Shown: in pieces, positions 1 to 11,935 of the stretch
Numbering within the stretch: the stretch's first letter is position 1
Layout of the letters: each line of letters starts with the position of its first letter
Assembly: GCA_963813275.1 (NCBI GenBank)
Contig: CAWEYH010000010.1
Coordinates: 127,530 to 191,529 of the forward strand
Direction: 5' to 3'
From: an uncultured Actinomycetota bacterium
GTDB lineage: Bacteria > Actinomycetota > Actinomycetes > Mycobacteriales > Mycobacteriaceae
DNA length: 64,000 nucleotides
Position numbers and translations under genes: made by a program
The notes under the pieces: generated by a model
What the model saw: the letters and a program-made list of their open reading frames with translations, nothing else
Told to the model about the DNA's origin: nothing
Database searches by the model: none

Positions 1-1
1 C

Positions 2-160
2 GAATACCTGCTGGTCAATCTGTACAACAGCACTCTCGTCGAAGTGGCCATGTGGGCGACGACCCCGCCGCGCGTTGACTGGCCCTCGGTGCCGGATGCG
101 CAGGTACTCGACGCCATGAACACCCCTCTGTGCACGGCATACATCGATTCGTGCCGGTGA
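2..160 (+). CDS. 3' end of conserved mycobacterial protein upstream of purS (Rv0787-like), partial
   Basis: Open frame from base 2 (EYLLVNLYNSTLVEVAMW...LCTAYIDSCR) ending at TGA 158-160; syntenic position. Confidence 0.6.
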   Translation, partial: EYLLVNLYNSTLVEVAMWATTPPRVDWPSVPDAQVLDAMNTPLCTAYIDSCR

Positions 161-196
161 GGCGGTCGGGCCGGTGCCGCCGGTAGAGTGAGCGCC

Positions 197-439
197 GTGG
201 CAAAGGTGGTTGTGCACGTGATGCCGAAGGCCGAAATCCTCGACCCCCAGGGACAGGCGATCGTCGGCGCACTCGGCCGTCTCGGCTACGACGGAATATC
301 AGATGTCAGGCAGGGCAAGCGGTTTGAGCTCGAAGTCGACGACAGCATCGCCGACGAGACGGTCGCCGAGATCGCCGAGTCGCTGCTGGCGAACATCGTC
401 ATCGAGGACTGGTCCGTCAGCAGGGAGCCATCGTCGTGA
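197..439 (+). CDS. purS: phosphoribosylformylglycinamidine synthase subunit PurS
   Basis: [12 protein letters not shown]...VRQGKRFEL...LLANIVIED motifs; a TAGAGT -10 box at 184-189 favours a leaderless GTG start at 197 (ORF track starts at 188). Confidence 0.95.
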   Translation: MAKVVVHVMPKAEILDPQGQAIVGALGRLGYDGISDVRQGKRFELEVDDSIADETVAEIAESLLANIVIEDWSVSREPSS

Positions 440-1113
440 CCGCGCGGGTGGGCGTCATCACCTTCCCCGGGACCCTCGACGACGTCGACGCCGCACGGGC
501 GGTCCGGCTGTCCGGCGCCGAGGCCGTGAGCCTCTGGCACGCCGACGCCGACCTCAAGGGTGTCGACGCCGTGATCGTCCCCGGCGGCTTCTCCTACGGT
601 GACTATCTGCGCTGCGGTGCCATCGCCAAATTCGCCCCGGTGATGAAGTCCGTCATCGACGCGGCGGCCAGAGGACTGCCGGTGTTGGGTATCTGCAACG
701 GATTTCAGGTGTTATGCGAGGCGGGGCTGTTGCCGGGTGCACTCACGCGCAATGCCGGACTGCACTTCGTCTGCCGTGACGTCTGGCTGGAGGTGGCGTC
801 CAATACCGCCGCGTGGACCTCGCGCTACGAGCTCGGCGCCGACATCCTGGTGCCGCTGAAGTCGGGCGAGGGCCGCTACGTCGCCTCGGAGGGCGTGCTC
901 GACCAACTCGAGGGAGACGGTCGCGTGGTGTTCCGCTACCGCGACAACCCCAACGGCTCGATGCGCGACATCGCGGGCATCGCGTCGGTCAACGGTCGGG
1001 TGGTCGGGTTGATGCCGCACCCCGAGCACGCGACAGAGGCACTGACCGGCCCGTCCGACGACGGGCTCGGACTGTTCTACTCCGCGATCGACGCGGTCCT
1101 GGCCAACGCTTAG
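436..1113 (+). CDS. purQ: FGAM synthase glutaminase subunit PurQ
   Basis: [18 protein letters not shown] (catalytic Cys), MPHPE; GTGA overlap with purS. Confidence 0.97.
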   Translation: MTARVGVITFPGTLDDVDAARAVRLSGAEAVSLWHADADLKGVDAVIVPGGFSYGDYLRCGAIAKFAPVMKSVIDAAARGLPVLGICNGFQVLCEAGLLPGALTRNAGLHFVCRDVWLEVASNTAAWTSRYELGADILVPLKSGEGRYVASEGVLDQLEGDGRVVFRYRDNPNGSMRDIAGIASVNGRVVGLMPHPEHATEALTGPSDDGLGLFYSAIDAVLANA

Positions 1114-1853
1114 GCCGCGGGCCGGATGGCCAGCGCGCCGCCATCGACAGGCAGCACAACGCCGTTGATGTAGCTCGCCGCGGGTGAGGCGATGAACGCG
1201 ACCGCCCGCGCTATCTCGTCCGGCTGGCCGATCCGCTGGAGCGCCCTTGTGCGGCCAAGCCCCTCGATGACGTCGGCGAACCCGGAGGTGCCTTCCGTCT
1301 CGGTGGGGCCGGGTGCGATGGCGTTGACGCGCACCCCGGCTGCGCCGAACTCGTCGGCCCAGAGCTTGGTCAGCAGGTCCAGCGCCGCCTTGCTCGCGCC
1401 GTAGAGCCCTGCGTCGGCGGAGGGGGTGCTGGCCACGACGCTGCTGATGTTGACCACGCTGCCGTGCCCGCGTTCGACCATGCCGGGAACCAGCTTCTGC
1501 ACCAGGATGTAGGGCGCCCTGAGGTTCGTGTCGAAGTGGGCGTCGAAGTCGCTGTCATCGGTCTCGAACGTTGTGGCGAACTCATAAATGCCCGCGTTGT
1601 TGATCAGGATGTCCACCTCGCCCGCCTCGGCCGCGAGCCTGCGGACGTCGTCGGCGTCTGAGAGGTCGGCGGCGACGAAACGTGCTTTGCCGCCAGCGTT
1701 TTCGATCTGCTGAACCGCCTTGGCGCCGCGCTCGGCGTTGCGTCCGTGAACGACGACCTCTGCACCTTGTCTTGCCAGCTCGAGCGCGATCGCGTAGCCG
1801 ATACCTGCGGTCGCTCCGGTGACCAGAGCCGTGCTGCCCTCGAATGTGTTCAT
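1110..1853 (-). CDS. short-chain dehydrogenase/reductase
   Basis: [17 protein letters not shown] motifs. Confidence 0.9.
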   Translation of the reverse strand: MNTFEGSTALVTGATAGIGYAIALELARQGAEVVVHGRNAERGAKAVQQIENAGGKARFVAADLSDADDVRRLAAEAGEVDILINNAGIYEFATTFETDDSDFDAHFDTNLRAPYILVQKLVPGMVERGHGSVVNISSVVASTPSADAGLYGASKAALDLLTKLWADEFGAAGVRVNAIAPGPTETEGTSGFADVIEGLGRTRALQRIGQPDEIARAVAFIASPAASYINGVVLPVDGGALAIRPAA

Positions 1854-1898
1854 GCCCGCATAAGGCGGATCGCGGGCTGATTATTCCGGTGGGCCCGA

Positions 1899-2696
1899 CT
1901 AGGGCGTCAGCGCCACCGAGGCCTCCGCGGTGTAGCACAGGAATGTCAGCGTCTCCTGCATGTAGAGCTGCACCGTCTCGGCGTCATGCGAGAGGTAGCC
2001 GATCGACACATCGGTGCCAAGCTGCAGGTCGAAATCGCCACCGCGGGTGGACAGCACGAACGCGCCGTCGATGGCGGGCGCCCAGATGATGTCGCCGTCG
2101 ACCAGTCGGTTGAGATGCTCACGGATCGGATAGCCGTGCTCGGTGGTCTCGCTGACCTTCGTGTACACGTCGGCCGACAGCAGCACCGAATACGGGCCGT
2201 CGACGCCGGCCAGTCGCAGCTCGGACAGCGCCTGGGCGATCACGTCCGGTATCTCCCGTGGGTCGCTGGGAAGCGCGAGCGCCGGGTTGGAGCTGCAATT
2301 GCGGATGCCGCCGATGGACGCCGCCTCGTAGCCCTCGAAGATCGCCCGGTCCTCGACGAACGCGAGCCTCTTGGCGGCATCCTTGACCGGGTCCCAGTCC
2401 GAGTCCTGCGAACCGCGCTCGACGTCGTCGATATCGTTGCGCGACAGCGTGAACGGCACCCGCAACCGGACCAGCGGCTTGCTCTCCCGCAGGTGCGCGA
2501 CCACCCCGTCGCCCGGCGCGGTCACATCGAGCAGATGCCCGGTGCTGATGGCCGCAGTGACGGGGCCGCCCGGCTCACTGACGTCGACGACGCGGCGTCC
2601 GGCGATATGCCGCTTGAACGTCCGCGTCGCCTCCATTTCGATTTCCGCCCAGGCCTCTTCGGTGATCGGAGCCAAATCGCGGTAAAGGTTGTTCAT
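1899..2696 (-). CDS. cfp29: family 1 encapsulin shell protein (Cfp29/linocin M18)
   Basis: MNNLYRDLAPITEEAW...RRVVDV N-terminus, 265 aa, directly downstream of DyP. Confidence 0.96.
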   Translation of the reverse strand: MNNLYRDLAPITEEAWAEIEMEATRTFKRHIAGRRVVDVSEPGGPVTAAISTGHLLDVTAPGDGVVAHLRESKPLVRLRVPFTLSRNDIDDVERGSQDSDWDPVKDAAKRLAFVEDRAIFEGYEAASIGGIRNCSSNPALALPSDPREIPDVIAQALSELRLAGVDGPYSVLLSADVYTKVSETTEHGYPIREHLNRLVDGDIIWAPAIDGAFVLSTRGGDFDLQLGTDVSIGYLSHDAETVQLYMQETLTFLCYTAEASVALTP

Positions 2697-3726
2697 CTAA
2701 GGAGTTCCTTTCAGGCTGCCGATGCCAAGTGATCCGTCACGGGACGCGGGAACAACGGGCTCTGCCGGAGCATCTTGCGGTGGCGCCGAATCCGCGCTGG
2801 GGCGGTGGATCATCGAGGAAGTCCGCCGTCGGGGTGAAGAACAAGCTTCCGGTCAGTGCCGTCGAGAAGTCGAGGATGCGGTCGGTGTTCCCCGGCGGGT
2901 CACCGATGAACATGTTGTCCAGCATGCGCTCGGTGACCACGGGGGTGCGCGAGTAGCCGATGTAGTAGGTGCCGAACTCGCCCGTGCCGATCTCGCCGAA
3001 CGGCATGTTGGCGCGGACGATCTTCAATTCGTTGCCGTCGTCGTCGGTGATGACGTTGAGCGCGATGTGCGAGTTGGCGGGTTTGACCGCGTCGTCCATC
3101 TCGATGTCGTCGAGCTTGGTGCGCCCGATCACCCGCTCCTGCTCCTCGGTCGACAGCGAGTTCCACGAGTCCATGTCGTGCACGTATTTCTGGACGTGCA
3201 CATAGCAACCGCCCGCGAAGTCGGGGTCCTCGTCGCCGATTTGGCTGGCGCTCACCGCGATTGCGCCGTCCGGATTCTCGGTGCCGTCGACGAAACCCAT
3301 CAGGTCGCGGTTGTCGAAGAACTTGAAGCCGTGCACTTCGTCGACGACGGTGACGGCCCCGTCCATCCCCTCGACGATCTTGGTGGCCAGCTCGAAGCAG
3401 ACGTCCATCGACTCCGCCCGGATGTGGAACAGGAGATCGCCGGGTGTCGATGGCGCGTGGTGGCGACCGCCCTGGATTTCGACGAACGGGTGCAGCTCGG
3501 CGGGCCGCGGCCCGGAGAACAGCCGGTCCCATGCGTCGGAGCCGATCGAGGTGACCACCGACAAGTGCTTGGCCGGGTCGCGGAAGCCGATCGAGCGCAC
3601 CAGCCCGGAGATGTCCCCGAGCGCGTCGTGGACCGTTTCCTCGCCACCCTCGTCGATCGTCGCCACCAGGAAGATGGCAGCGGGTGTCAGCGGCGCCAGA
3701 ACGGGTTGCGGCTGAACAGCGGGCAC
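2697..3726 (-). CDS. dyp: dye-decolorizing peroxidase, encapsulin cargo (one frameshift near 2800)
   Basis: GFVDGTENP, IGRTK, HIAL, RANMPFG motifs; the cargo-loading peptide DGSLGIGSLKGTP* lies in a shifted frame and ends at TAG 2697-2699. Confidence 0.93.
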
Positions 3727-3768
3727 CGTCTGACCCTAATTCAAGATCTTGGGCGAAGATGGTGAACC

Positions 3769-5025
3769 ATGTCGGCAAGTGCACAAGGGTTGTGCGAGTT
3801 CATCGACGCGTCGCCGTCGCCGTTTCATGTGTGCACCACGGTCGCGCAGCGGCTGACGGACGCGGGATTCACCGAACTGTTCGAACGCGACGAGTGGCCG
3901 ACGAAGGGGCGGTTCTTCGTCGTGCGTGCCGGATCGCTGGTCGCCTGGCAAGGCAACGGAGAGCCTGCGGCGCCGTTCCGCATCGTCGGCGCTCACACCG
4001 ACAGCCCCAACTTGCGGGTCAAGCAGCATCCCGACCGGTTCGATTCCGGGTGGCAGGTGGTCGCCCTGCAGCCCTACGGCGGGGCATGGCTGAACTCGTG
4101 GCTCGACCGCGACCTCGGCATCAGCGGCAGGCTGTCGGTGCGCTCGGCCGACGGCATCGACAATCGGACCGTCCGGATCGACGAGCCGATCCTGCGAGTG
4201 CCGCAGCTGGCCATCCATCTCGCCGAAGACCGCAAATCGGTGTCGCTCGACCCGCAGCGGCACGTCAACGCGGTCTGGGGTGTCGGCGCGGGACCGCGGT
4301 CGTTCGTGGGTTACGTCGCCCAGCAGGTCGGCGTGGACGCCGACGAGGTGCTCGGTTTCGACCTGATGACCCACGACCTGACCCCGTCGACCCTGGCGGG
4401 GGCCGACGGCGAGCTTGTCAGCGCGCCGCGACTGGACAACCAGTGCACCTGCTACGCGGGCCTCGAGGCCTTTCTGGCGGCAGAGCCCTCGCAATACCTG
4501 CCGGTGCTCGCGCTCTTCGACCACGAGGAGGTCGGCTCCCAGTCGGACCACGGCGCGCAATCCGAGCTGCTGCTGACGGTGCTGGAGCGCATCGCGTTGG
4601 CCGCGGGCGGCGGCCGCGAGGACTTTCTGCGCCGGTTGCCCGGATCGATGGTGGCTTCGGGCGACATGGCGCACGCCACCCACCCGAACTACCCCGAGCG
4701 CCACGAGCCCTACCACCTGATCGAGGTCAACGCCGGGCCGGTGCTCAAGGTCCAGCCCAATCTGCGCTACGCCACCGACGGCCGCACAGCCGCTGCGTTC
4801 ACGCTGGCCTGCCAGCAGGCGGGCGTGCCCTTGCAGCGCTACGAGCACCGGGCCGACCTGCCGTGCGGGTCGACCATCGGCCCGATGACCTCGGCCCGCA
4901 CCGGCATCCCCACAGTGGACGTCGGCGCGGCGCAGCTGGCCATGCACTCGGCGCGCGAGGTGATGGGCGCCGGCGACGTCGCCGCCTACTCGGCGGCGCT
5001 GCGGGCCTTCCTGTCGCCTGGCTGA
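3769..5025 (+). CDS. apeB: M18 family aminopeptidase
   Basis: [30 protein letters not shown] motifs. Confidence 0.93.
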   Translation: MSASAQGLCEFIDASPSPFHVCTTVAQRLTDAGFTELFERDEWPTKGRFFVVRAGSLVAWQGNGEPAAPFRIVGAHTDSPNLRVKQHPDRFDSGWQVVALQPYGGAWLNSWLDRDLGISGRLSVRSADGIDNRTVRIDEPILRVPQLAIHLAEDRKSVSLDPQRHVNAVWGVGAGPRSFVGYVAQQVGVDADEVLGFDLMTHDLTPSTLAGADGELVSAPRLDNQCTCYAGLEAFLAAEPSQYLPVLALFDHEEVGSQSDHGAQSELLLTVLERIALAAGGGREDFLRRLPGSMVASGDMAHATHPNYPERHEPYHLIEVNAGPVLKVQPNLRYATDGRTAAAFTLACQQAGVPLQRYEHRADLPCGSTIGPMTSARTGIPTVDVGAAQLAMHSAREVMGAGDVAAYSAALRAFLSPG

Positions 5026-5030
5026 GCTGC

Positions 5031-5426
5031 TCAGATCGTCGCGGGCTCGACCTGGTCGTAGCGGATGACGTTCTCCACCACGATCCCGTCGCGGGCGCGG
5101 ACCCTGTCGATTCCGCGGATCGCGAACGGCCCTTCCGGTCCCGTGCCACGCCCGACGTAGTGCAGGTAGACCAGCTGCTCGCCCGGAGTGTCGCCGTCCA
5201 CAGTGGCGCTGTCCACGAGCTCCAGCGCCAGATCGGGAGCGGCCGTGACGAGCTCGGCGATCTTGCCGACGTAGGCGTCCCGTCCGCGGACCGGCTCGGG
5301 ATCGCCCTGCCAATAGCCGACGATGTCTTCGGCGAGAACGTCGCCGACCCGTGTCATATCGGGGGCCGCCCAGAACGCCGCCCATACTTCCGCGCTGAAA
5401 GCCGGCTTGGCTGCGATGTCGGTCAT
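5031..5426 (-). CDS. SnoaL/NTF2-like protein
   Basis: 131 aa; LAEDIVG...PVRGRDA...GIDRVRARDGIVVE pattern; GAGGAGG RBS. Confidence 0.75.
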   Translation of the reverse strand: MTDIAAKPAFSAEVWAAFWAAPDMTRVGDVLAEDIVGYWQGDPEPVRGRDAYVGKIAELVTAAPDLALELVDSATVDGDTPGEQLVYLHYVGRGTGPEGPFAIRGIDRVRARDGIVVENVIRYDQVEPATI

Positions 5427-5567
5427 GTTTCCTCCTCGAGTGACTGCGCCCGGTCGGGCGCGCTACAGCCAGCCTGCGTCGACATCCGAGGCCACTCAAT
5501 TACGTGACAGGTAATGGCCACTGTGATCCCGCCGACTTGTCGAGAGAGCTGGAATAGGGTCGAGCGC

Positions 5568-5915
5568 ATGGCGCTCAAGACTGAAAACATCACGTTCGAT
5601 ACCACCGACCCGGAGAAGCTCGCCGAGTGGTGGGCCCGCGCACTCGACGGGCAGGTAAACGCAGTCGCACCACCGTTTTTCATCGTCGTGAGCCGACCGG
5701 ACGGTCCCGGCCTGGCGTTCCAGAAGGTCGACGACCCGACACCCGGCAAGGTCCGCGTGCACGTCGACTTCAGCACCTCCGACGTGGAGGCCGAGGTCAC
5801 CCGGCTGGTCGACCTCGGCGCCACCGAGACCGGTAGGCACAGCTTCGGAGATTTCTCCTGGGTGGTGCTTGCCGATCCCGACGGCAACGCGTTCTGTGTA
5901 GCGCCCGCCGTCTGA
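5568..5915 (+). CDS. VOC/glyoxalase family protein (Rv0801-like)
   Basis: ITFDTTDPEKLAEWW, RVHVDF, VLADPDGNAFCV; TAGGGT -10 box before a leaderless ATG at 5568. Confidence 0.85.
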   Translation: MALKTENITFDTTDPEKLAEWWARALDGQVNAVAPPFFIVVSRPDGPGLAFQKVDDPTPGKVRVHVDFSTSDVEAEVTRLVDLGATETGRHSFGDFSWVVLADPDGNAFCVAPAV

Positions 5916-5993
5916 GGGTTGCGGTGTGCTGCGTGGTGTCGGCGCGCCTGCCGCCACACACGCATACCGGCGGTCGCAAACTAGACTGACCGC

Positions 5994-8288
5994 GTGACCT
6001 CGGAGCTGACCCAGGTGGTCGATACCGTCGAGCACGCCGCAGCCACTCCCGACCAGCCGCAACCATTCCGAGAGCTCGGCCTCAAGGACGACGAATACCA
6101 GCGCATCCGCGAGATCTTGGACCGGCGCCCGACCGATGCCGAACTGGCCATGTATTCGGTGATGTGGAGCGAGCACTGCAGCTACAAGTCGTCCAAGGTG
6201 CATCTGCGCTACTTCGGCGAGACCACCACCGAGAAGATGCGTTCGGCGATGCTGGCCGGAATCGGCGAGAACGCGGGCGTGGTCGACATCGGTGACGGCT
6301 GGGCGGCGACCTTCAAAGTCGAATCGCACAACCACCCGTCCTACGTCGAGCCGTATCAGGGTGCCGCGACCGGTGTGGGCGGCATCGTCCGCGACATCAT
6401 GGCGATGGGTGCCCGGCCCGTCGCGGTCATGGACCAGCTGCGGTTCGGCGCCGCCGACGCGCCCGACACCAGGCGCGTGGTCGACGGCGTGGTCCGTGGC
6501 ATCGGCGGCTACGGAAACTCGCTGGGGCTGCCCAACATCGGCGGCGAGACCGTCTTCGACGCCTCCTATGCCGGAAACCCTCTGGTGAATGCGCTGTGCG
6601 TCGGCGTGCTGCGCAAGGAGGATCTGCATCTGGCGTTCGCGTCGGGCACCGGCAACAAGATCATCCTGTTCGGTGCGCGCACGGGTCTCGACGGCATCGG
6701 CGGGGTCTCGGTGCTGGCATCGGAGACATTCGGCGGCGACGAGAGCGGCGCGGGCCGAAAGAAGCTGCCGTCGGTGCAGGTCGGCGACCCGTTCATGGAG
6801 AAGGTGCTCATCGAGTGCTGTCTCGAGCTGTACGCGGCGGGCTTGGTGATCGGTATCCAGGACCTCGGCGGGGCCGGATTGTCCTGCGCTACATCGGAAC
6901 TCGCATCCGCAGGTGACGGCGGTATGGCGGTCGAGCTGGACAAGGTGCCGCTGAGGGCGGCCAACATGACGCCTGCCGAGATCCTCTCCAGCGAGTCGCA
7001 GGAACGGATGTGCGCCGTCGTCTCGCCCGAGAACGTCGACGCGTTCATGGCGGTGTGCCGCAAATGGGAGGTGCTCGCCACCGTCATCGGTGAGGTCACC
7101 GACGGGGACCGGCTGACGGTCACCTGGCAGGGCGAAACGGTCGTCGACGTCCCGCCGCGAACGGTCGCGCACGAGGGTCCCGTCTACGAGCGACCGGTGC
7201 AGCGGCCGGACTCCCAGGACGCGCTCAACGCCGACACGTCGGAGCGGCTACCGCGGCCGAAACGCGGCGAGGAGCTTCGCGCGACATTGCTTGCGATGGT
7301 CGGCAGTCCGCACCTGTGCAGCCGGGCGTTCATCACCGAGCAGTACGACCGCTACGTGCGTGGCAACACCGTGCTTGCCGAGAACGCCGACGGTGGGGTG
7401 CTGCGCGTCGACGAGGCCACCGGGCGCGGCATCGCGGTGTCCACCGACGCGTCGGGCCGCTACACGCAACTCGACCCGTACGCAGGCGCGCAGCTTGCGC
7501 TTGCCGAGGCGTACCGCAACGTCGCGGTGACAGGAGCAACGCCGATCGCGGTCACCAACTGTCTGAACTTCGGCTCGCCCGAGGACCCCGGCGTCATGTG
7601 GCAGTTCTCCGAAGCCGTTCGCGGATTGGCGGATGGCTGTGCTGCCCTTGGTATTCCGGTCACCGGCGGCAATGTGAGCTTCTACAACCAGACCGGGACG
7701 ACGGCGATTCTGCCCACCCCCGTCGTCGGCGTACTCGGCGTGCTCGATGACGTCGGCAGGCGCATTCCCACTGGGCTTGGCACCGAGCCCGGCGAGACGC
7801 TGATCCTTCTCGGCGACACCCGTGACGAGTTCGACGGCTCGATCTGGGCGCAGGTCACCGCTGAGCACCTTGGCGGCCGCCCGCCCGAGGTCGACCTCGA
7901 ACGGGAGAAGCTGCTTGCCGAGGTGCTCAGCGCGGCATCCCGCGACGGGTTGGTTTCGGCAGCCCACGACTTGTCCGAGGGCGGCCTGATCCAGGCGGTC
8001 GTCGAGGCGGCGCTGGCCGGCGAAACCGGTTGCCGCGTCTTGATTCCCGAGGGCCGGGATCCGTTCGTCACGCTGTTCTCCGAGTCCGCGGGGCGGGTAC
8101 TGGTCGCTGTCCCGCGCACCGAGGAGAGCAGGTTCACGTCGATGTGCGAGGCCCGCGGACTGCCTGCGACCCGCATTGGTGTGGTGGACCAGGCGAGTGA
8201 CGCCGTCGAGGTGCAAGGCCAGTTCACAGTGTCATTGGAGGAGCTGCGCAGCACGTCGGAGGGTGTGCTGCCCGGCTTGTTCGGGTGA
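5994..8288 (+). CDS. purL: FGAM synthase subunit PurL
   Basis: [34 protein letters not shown]. Confidence 0.98.
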   Translation: MTSELTQVVDTVEHAAATPDQPQPFRELGLKDDEYQRIREILDRRPTDAELAMYSVMWSEHCSYKSSKVHLRYFGETTTEKMRSAMLAGIGENAGVVDIGDGWAATFKVESHNHPSYVEPYQGAATGVGGIVRDIMAMGARPVAVMDQLRFGAADAPDTRRVVDGVVRGIGGYGNSLGLPNIGGETVFDASYAGNPLVNALCVGVLRKEDLHLAFASGTGNKIILFGARTGLDGIGGVSVLASETFGGDESGAGRKKLPSVQVGDPFMEKVLIECCLELYAAGLVIGIQDLGGAGLSCATSELASAGDGGMAVELDKVPLRAANMTPAEILSSESQERMCAVVSPENVDAFMAVCRKWEVLATVIGEVTDGDRLTVTWQGETVVDVPPRTVAHEGPVYERPVQRPDSQDALNADTSERLPRPKRGEELRATLLAMVGSPHLCSRAFITEQYDRYVRGNTVLAENADGGVLRVDEATGRGIAVSTDASGRYTQLDPYAGAQLALAEAYRNVAVTGATPIAVTNCLNFGSPEDPGVMWQFSEAVRGLADGCAALGIPVTGGNVSFYNQTGTTAILPTPVVGVLGVLDDVGRRIPTGLGTEPGETLILLGDTRDEFDGSIWAQVTAEHLGGRPPEVDLEREKLLAEVLSAASRDGLVSAAHDLSEGGLIQAVVEAALAGETGCRVLIPEGRDPFVTLFSESAGRVLVAVPRTEESRFTSMCEARGLPATRIGVVDQASDAVEVQGQFTVSLEELRSTSEGVLPGLFG

Positions 8289-10052
8289 GTGTTCCGACCC
8301 ACGACATCACCGGCGAACGGGTCGCCGCAACCCCGGGGCGCAAGCAACGCCATCCGCTGCTGATGTGGGCGTGGAGCCTGGTGCACCTCGACTTCGTCGG
8401 GATTCCGTTCGGCGCGCTGTTCTTCTGCGTGTCGCTGACGCCGTCGCTGCTGCCGCGTGACTGGCTGTTTCAGGGTCTGATCGGCGGGGCTCAACGCCGC
8501 CATCGGCTACGGGATCGGGGTCTTCTGCGGGAGGATGCTGCGCCGCTTCGTGTTAGCGGACCGGACGTGGTGGCCGCCGTCGAAGCGGGTGCTGTACTGG
8601 CTGAAGGCGGCCACCGTGACGCTGTCGGCGACGGCGAGCGTGCTGATGGTGATCCCGGCGGCGGCCTGGCAGCGCCGGGTGTCCGCGGTGATGGGTATGG
8701 AAGGCCCAACGACGGTCGGCTATATGCGGACCATCATTCTCTCCGTCCTCGTCGGCGGCCTGTGCGTATCCACGGCGCGCGTGCTCATCGACCTCATCAA
8801 GACGATGGCCCGCTTCTTCATCCGGCGCTGGCACCTGCACGACGAGGTGGCGTTGTTCATCGGCACCGCGATCGTGGTCGTGCTCGCGATCACGCTGATC
8901 AACGGCGTTCTGATCCACGGCTTCCTGATCGGCGCCAACCGGGTGTTCCAGCCGCAGAACTCCACCACCCGGGCTGCCATCACCCAGCCGATGGATCGGG
9001 AACGATCCGGCAGCCCAACGTCTTTCGCGCCGTGGGACACGTTGGGATTCCAGGGCCGCAACTTCGTCGCCACCGGGCCGCACGCGGACGAGCTGACCCG
9101 CGTGAACGGCGTGCCCGCGAAGGAGCCCATTCGGGTGTACGCGGGACTGCAGACCGCCGACACCGATCAGAAGCGGGCGGACATCCTGGTCCGCGAGTTG
9201 GAACGCACGCGTGCGTTCGATCGCAAGGTGCTGGTCATCATCCCGACGACCGGCACCGGGTGGATCAACCCGGTTGCCGCCAGGGCGGTGGAGCTGATGT
9301 ACAACGGCGACACGGCACTGGTCGGATCGCAGTATTCGTATCTCCCGAGCTGGATTTCGTTCCTGGGCGACCAGCAGAAATCCATGGAATCCGGCAAGAC
9401 CATGATCACCGCGATCCACGACTGGTGGATGCATCTGCCCGCTGACCACCGACCCAAGCTGATGCTCTACGGCGAGAGCCTCGGCTCGATGGCAGGGCAG
9501 GGCGCGTTCAGCTGGCTGCCCGATATCGCGCGGATGGGCTTCTCGTCGGTGCTCTGGGTCGGTCCGCCCAACGAAAGCCCGCTGTGGAAGGCGATCGTCG
9601 TCCGCCGCGACCCTGGTACCACCGAGATCCAGCCGCGCTACGACAACGGCCACACCGTCCGGTTCTCACAGGCCACTGACGCCGCACAGATTGCAGCCGA
9701 CACCGATGCGCCATGGGAAGGGACTCGGGTGCTGTTTCTGCAGCACTCTTCGGACCCGATCGTCTGGTGGTCGAAGGATCTGATGTTCAACCGGCCGGAC
9801 TGGCTGAAGGAACCGCCGGGGCGGGACCGGCCACCGTTGATGCGGTGGTATCCCATCGTCACGTTCTGGCAGGTCGCCGTCGACATGACCAATGCCTCGT
9901 CGGTTCCCGGCGGACACGGTCACAACTACGGCGAGTTCGTGCTCGACGGCTGGGCCGCTGTCGCACCGCCGGACGGCTGGACCGAAGCGGACACCAACCG
10001 CATTCGGCGAGCGCTCGAGAAGACCGAGGCCGAGGACGGACCCGAGTACTGA
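8285..10052 (+). CDS. membrane alpha/beta-hydrolase family protein (Abhydrolase_9-like), frameshift near 8490
   Basis: [12 protein letters not shown]-terminus in one frame; [29 protein letters not shown] in the next frame. Confidence 0.8.
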
Positions 10053-10699
10053 TGCGCGCCAAGCAGTTTCGAGCGCTGGGCCTGGCCGCGGCGCTGGTCG
10101 GATGGAACGGCCTTGTCAGCCCGCGGATACCGGAACGTTTGCACGCCCCGGTGAACGCCGCTCTCGGTGGCTGCCTCGTCGCGGCGACCGGTGCACCGAT
10201 GGGCCTACGGCCGCCCGCGTTGTGGCCGGGGCTGCGTCTCGGGCTGGCTGCCGGCGCGCCGGTCGCCATCGGGGTGGCGGCGTCGACGGCGCTTTCGCCG
10301 GTGCGGGTGGCGATGGCCGAGCGAGATGTTCCCGGCCGCCGTGGCCGCTGGCTGTTGGTGCGCATCCCGTTCGGCACGGTGTGGTCGGAGGAAGCGGCAT
10401 TCCGCGCGGCGCTGGGCACCGTGGCCTCCGACGCATTCGGGCCGACGGCCGGTCGGCTGGTGCAGTCGCTGGCGTTCGGACTGTCGCACATCGCCGACGC
10501 CCGCGACGCGGGCGAGCATGTGGTGGGAACCGTGGTGGTCACCGGTATCGCGGGCTGGCTCTTCGAGCTGCTGTGCGAGCGATCAGGCAGCCTCGCGGCG
10601 CCGATGCTGGCGCACTTGGCCGTCAATGAGGCGGGTGCGGTTGCAGCGCTCGTGGTCCGGGGCGCTTCACGGCCCACGCCGCCGCGGCCGCAACGATGA
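10052..10699 (+). CDS. CPBP/CAAX intramembrane protease (Rv0804-like)
   Basis: WSEEAAFR, FGLSH, LAHLAVN motifs; ATG overlaps the upstream TGA. Confidence 0.85.
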   Translation: MRAKQFRALGLAAALVGWNGLVSPRIPERLHAPVNAALGGCLVAATGAPMGLRPPALWPGLRLGLAAGAPVAIGVAASTALSPVRVAMAERDVPGRRGRWLLVRIPFGTVWSEEAAFRAALGTVASDAFGPTAGRLVQSLAFGLSHIADARDAGEHVVGTVVVTGIAGWLFELLCERSGSLAAPMLAHLAVNEAGAVAALVVRGASRPTPPRPQR

Positions 10700-11855
10700 C
10701 GGCGGCGGCGCCTATCGGCCACCAACCCTGTCCGACACCCTTCAAGAAGACGACGATCGCCAGCGCCGATCCCATCAGTGCGAATACTGCCCACGCAAGG
10801 GTGTTGGAGTCGTCCAGGCGTGAATTCGCCTGGGCGGCAAGCAGATAGATCACCAGTAGGAGCAGGCCACCGACGCCCCACAGCTTGGCGGCCGCATCGC
10901 CCCAGCCGATGGATACCGCCAGCGCCAGCGCCATCGTCGCGACCGCCGTCACGGCCCACGGCAACGGGCTGGCTGCGTGGAACGGTCGCGCGACGCGGGA
11001 GGCGCCCCAGACCAGCACCAGGAGGGCGCCGACCGTTTGCGCGATCGGGGCGAGAAGTAGCAGCCACACACCACCGGTCAGGTTGAACATCACCGCGGCA
11101 GCCGGCGCGAGATCAACTGCGTCGTAACGGAAGTCGCCGGTGGTCCCGATGTTGGTGGCTATCCAGGCCGTCGTCGCGCACAGCGCGACGAGAGCCATCG
11201 CGTACCCGAGTGGCCTGCCCACCGATCGCAGGCGGTCACTGGCAGTCGTCGGGATCTCGAACCCCGCGACGGCGACGGCAAGGGTGACAACCACTGCGGC
11301 GGGACCCCACTCGGCCGACGCCGCGGTCGCTCCCATCTGGATAGGCGACTCGACCGGTGCGGTGCCGGAAGCAGACTTGGCGATGACCGCCAGCGCGAGG
11401 TAGAAGAACACCAGCAGGCCGAACGCGGCCAGCACCGTCACCACTGTTGCCAGCACTTTGGTCGGCAGCACGCCCACCAGCATGGCGGCGCTCGCGGCAA
11501 CGACCACCGCCAGCGCAGGGCCCGCCCATCCGGGAACCGTAGAGCCCGAGTTGGTCAGCCAGAGCAGTACGACCGCCGCAACGCTCCTGGCCGCGAATGC
11601 GCCTATCAGTATGTACGCGGCGAATTGAATAACCGATACCGCCCGCGCGGGCGCTGCCCCCGAAACCGATGCGATCAGATCTGCCGTCGTCCGCGATTCA
11701 GGCGCCTGAGCGTGCAGACGGTGCAGGGTCCAGATCACCCCGATCGACAACAGGGCGAAGGCGAGCACGCCGGACCCGTTCGATACATGACCGACCATCA
11801 CCGCCAACGACAACCCCGCGGCCTGCCACGTCGGAATCGTGGTGCTTTTCGGCAT
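10623..11855 (-). CDS. multi-pass membrane protein, possibly APC permease-like
   Basis: About 11-12 hydrophobic segments; AGFE motif resembles the APC-family GFE. Confidence 0.6.
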   Translation of the reverse strand: MPKSTTIPTWQAAGLSLAVMVGHVSNGSGVLAFALLSIGVIWTLHRLHAQAPESRTTADLIASVSGAAPARAVSVIQFAAYILIGAFAARSVAAVVLLWLTNSGSTVPGWAGPALAVVVAASAAMLVGVLPTKVLATVVTVLAAFGLLVFFYLALAVIAKSASGTAPVESPIQMGATAASAEWGPAAVVVTLAVAVAGFEIPTTASDRLRSVGRPLGYAMALVALCATTAWIATNIGTTGDFRYDAVDLAPAAAVMFNLTGGVWLLLLAPIAQTVGALLVLVWGASRVARPFHAASPLPWAVTAVATMALALAVSIGWGDAAAKLWGVGGLLLLVIYLLAAQANSRLDDSNTLAWAVFALMGSALAIVVFLKGVGQGWWPIGAAAVIVAAAAAWAVKRPGPRALQPHPPH

Positions 11856-11935
11856 GCAAGCAGTGTGCAGTCACTCGGGCGGCGCGTCCCGGATATGTGC
11901 GTCTAGCGATGTTTCTGACTGGCCGAGGTCAACCG

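Noticed and set aside
1110-1853. SDR downstream of encapsulin as a second cargo
   Set aside because: Its C-terminus ([10 protein letters not shown]) lacks a GSLxIGSL-type loading peptide.
3684-7172. Long antisense or alternate-frame ORFs (607, 587 and 558 aa) and similar ones elsewhere
   Set aside because: They are shadows of real high-GC genes, Arg/Pro/Ala-rich and without recognisable motifs.
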